A DNA stretch of 64,000 bases, from positions 1 to 64,000 of IMG/VR virus record IMGVR_UViG_3300045988_114464; one strand, 5' to 3'. Origin of the DNA: a virus. Positions within the stretch are counted from its first letter, which is position 1, and each line of letters begins with the position of its first letter. The translations under genes were made by a program, and so were the position numbers. Shown in pieces: positions 61,901 through 64,000 of this stretch. The notes under the pieces are model-generated. The model saw only the letters and a list, made by a program, of their open reading frames with translations. It ran no database searches and was not told where the DNA came from.

Positions 61901-64000
61901 ATTTAAGTGGTACTATTGACAAGGTTAATAGTGCGCTTAAAGACGCAAGTAAAGGTACTAAAATCGAACTTGATGGTAATAACATTAAGTTTGAGTCGGA
62001 AGATGCAGTCAATGAACTAAAGAGCCAAATCGAAGATGCCTTTGATGGTATGGACTTTGAAGATATTGTCAAAACTGATGCGGGCAAGAGCATACTTGCT
62101 AATCTTTTTGACGGTATGGAAATTGACGCTGACCAAGCGGGCGATGTAGGTAAAGATTTCGCTGACGCAGTAACCGAAGCTATTCAAGACCAATTAAACA
62201 CCACTCAAATCGCACTTAACGGTATTGGTGCTGAAGTCAAGGGCGAGTTAGGTTATCAAGTTGACGAAGGCATGAACGCTGTTCAAGAATCTGGTCAACG
62301 AACTGCTGATTGGTTCTCTAATAGCTTTGCGCCACAAGTACAGCAAGGTGTTCAGAGCGCTATGTCTGGTGCAGAACAATCCGCACAAAATAGCGTAAGT
62401 GTTCTACAAGGCATATTCTCTAACATGAATATTGCTGACCCAATGCAACAAGTTCAGCAAGGTATTCAAAACGTCAACGGCGAAGTTAATAACTTTAGTG
62501 CTGGTAACATGACAAGTCAGCTTGGTGAAGTTGGCACTGCCGCAGGGCAAGCAGGAGATAAATCTGAAGAAGCTAAAACTAAGGCTCAACAACTGAGTCA
62601 AGTTTCTATGTCGAACTTTATCACTGGTATGGTGAATGGCGCAAGTTCGGCTTCTGCGCTATCTTCTATTGCTTCTACTGCTTATAACAATGCTTCTAAG
62701 TTAAATACTACCTTTACTACCGTATTTAAGGCTGATACTTCTCAGTGGAAAGTTCCTTCTCTTCCTACGGGAGTAAAGAAGGCTGTGGGTCAAATTCCAG
62801 CTTATGCCAACGGTAAAATGGATGACCTTTCTGGCACTCAACCAATGCGTTCTCAATCCTCTAAGATTGCGCTCGTTGGTGAGGAAGGCGCAGAGTTCCG
62901 TATTACTGCTGATGGCAGAAAAGAACTTCTTGGTAAGAATGGTGCAGAATTTGTCAAGGTAAATAAGGGTGATACCATTATTCCTGCGAATGTTACTGAT
63001 ATGATTCGCAAGGGACAACTTCAAGGGTATGAAGCGGGCAAATTTGGTGGTAGAACTTCTGTTTCTGGTTCTGGTGTAAGCAATGGCAATCATACTATTC
63101 ATGTTGGCAAAACCGAAAGTCGATATGTTGGTGCGACCAGTAGTAGCACTAAGGCTACTCATGCTAATACTAAGGCGACTAATGCCAATACTTCTGCTAA
63201 GTCTGCTAACGCTTCTGCAAGTTCCAAAGCCGCTGAAGCAACAGACGAACTAACAGACGCACAGAAAAAGCAGAAAGAAGCCTTTGAAGAAGCTAACGAT
63301 GTAACCGAACACCATATTTTCTTGCGTGAAAAACAAGGCGCTTCTTACGCTGAACTCATTAAGATGAGTAAGGCTTATCAGAAGCAACTTAATAAGCAAG
63401 CAAATTGGTGGAGAAGCCAAGGGTTTAACGATGATTCTGAAGAAATCCGCAAAATCCAAAAGGATTGGTGGGGACTTCAAGATGACATAACTTCCTATCA
63501 AGAAAAGGCTTTTGACGAACGCTATCAGAAATCCAAAGATTACATTGATGACCGTAATGACCTTGAAGATTGGGGTGCTGACTCCGAAATTGAAGCATGG
63601 CATCGTGTTGAAAAGTGGATGGATGAATGGTATGCTCGTGGCGAGATTAGCTACAAGTATTACCTTGAAAAGCGTAAAGAAGCCACAAAAAAAGCCGCCG
63701 AAGCTGAAAAGAAGGCTTGGGAAGAAGCTAAAAAGTCTCAGATTAAAGAACTTGAAGATTGGCAAGACGTTTACGAAGATTTGTTTGACCTTGTAGCTGA
63801 CAAGGCTCAAGAAGAAATCGACAAACTGAACGAACAACGCGATACCGTTGAAAAATATTGGGACGATAAAATTGACGCGCTTGAAAAGGCGAACGATGAA
63901 CTTGACGACCAGATTGAAAAGGAAGAAGCACTTGACGCTTTGGCTCGTGCTCGTTCCACTAAAGTCATGGTTTATCAGAATGGTCGATTCCAATATATCA
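58966..64000 (+). CDS. tape measure protein, exon 2 (partial; absent from the ORF track)
   Basis: I read frame 1 codon by codon from 58963 to 64000 and found no stop. NLAQVSAMFQNVADESLSAGDSASFIIAQMKAFG...AVSNNFAVSSGDLATNLGNMSAALAVGNN...GITEVTRNASKGSRAL is the TP901-type tape measure core, followed by hydrophobic segments and long coiled coil. Confidence 0.85.

Noticed and set aside
59055-63993. Several minus-strand ORFs in the track (59055..59387, 59607..59867, 61854..62093, 62701..63162, 63250..63993).
   Set aside because: They are antisense to a continuous plus-strand tape measure reading frame that carries clear family motifs. Their sequences are low-complexity, and none has an SD.
1-64000. 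Possible alternative genetic code (stop-codon reassignment) as the explanation for the split structural genes.
   Set aside because: All other long genes are intact under the standard code. The tRNAs found have ordinary anticodons. Each interruption also contains an endonuclease gene or a promoter plus conserved noncoding blocks, which fits introns better.

Overview
This window looks like about 64 kb of a tailed dsDNA phage (Caudoviricetes) from a low-GC Gram-positive host. The host guess rests on AGGAGG-type ribosome-binding sites and many TTGACA-17-TATAAT promoters. Positions 1-34.1 kb are transcribed on the minus strand and hold early and replication genes: primase, DnaB-like helicase, AAA ATPase, SSB-like protein, tyrosine recombinase, sigma factor, RusA, at least 6 tRNAs, many small ORFs and four free-standing homing endonucleases. 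A divergent control region lies at 34.1-34.9 kb. Positions 34.9-64 kb are transcribed on the plus strand and hold a YonO-like single-subunit RNA polymerase candidate, a metallophosphoesterase, terminase, portal, protease/scaffold, capsid, neck and tail genes, and a very long tape measure gene that runs off the window. Main hunt results: (1) A family of small paralogous proteins (N-terminus M-N/D-G/A-I-V) forms a tandem array at 1-2.4 kb, with extra copies at 9.0-9.7 kb and 30.6-31.0 kb. Each expression unit is preceded by a conserved leader: a strong-SD mini-ORF that runs through a G7-G9 homopolymer. The frame leaving the tract decides whether the mini-ORF stops exactly on the start codon of the main gene. 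I propose a tract-length switch; this is not proven. (2) Three structural genes (capsid, tail tube, tape measure) appear to be split by group I-like introns. Two of these introns are homologous but carry their endonuclease gene at different positions. The tape measure exon 2 is missing from the supplied ORF track. (3) A roughly 1.8 kb ORF-free region holds AGTATAC iterons and a C-depleted and a G-depleted block arranged as a mirror around TTCCTATAGGAA palindromes. All calls come from reading the sequence by hand. No database search or RNA folding was run, and intron boundaries and some start codons are approximate.
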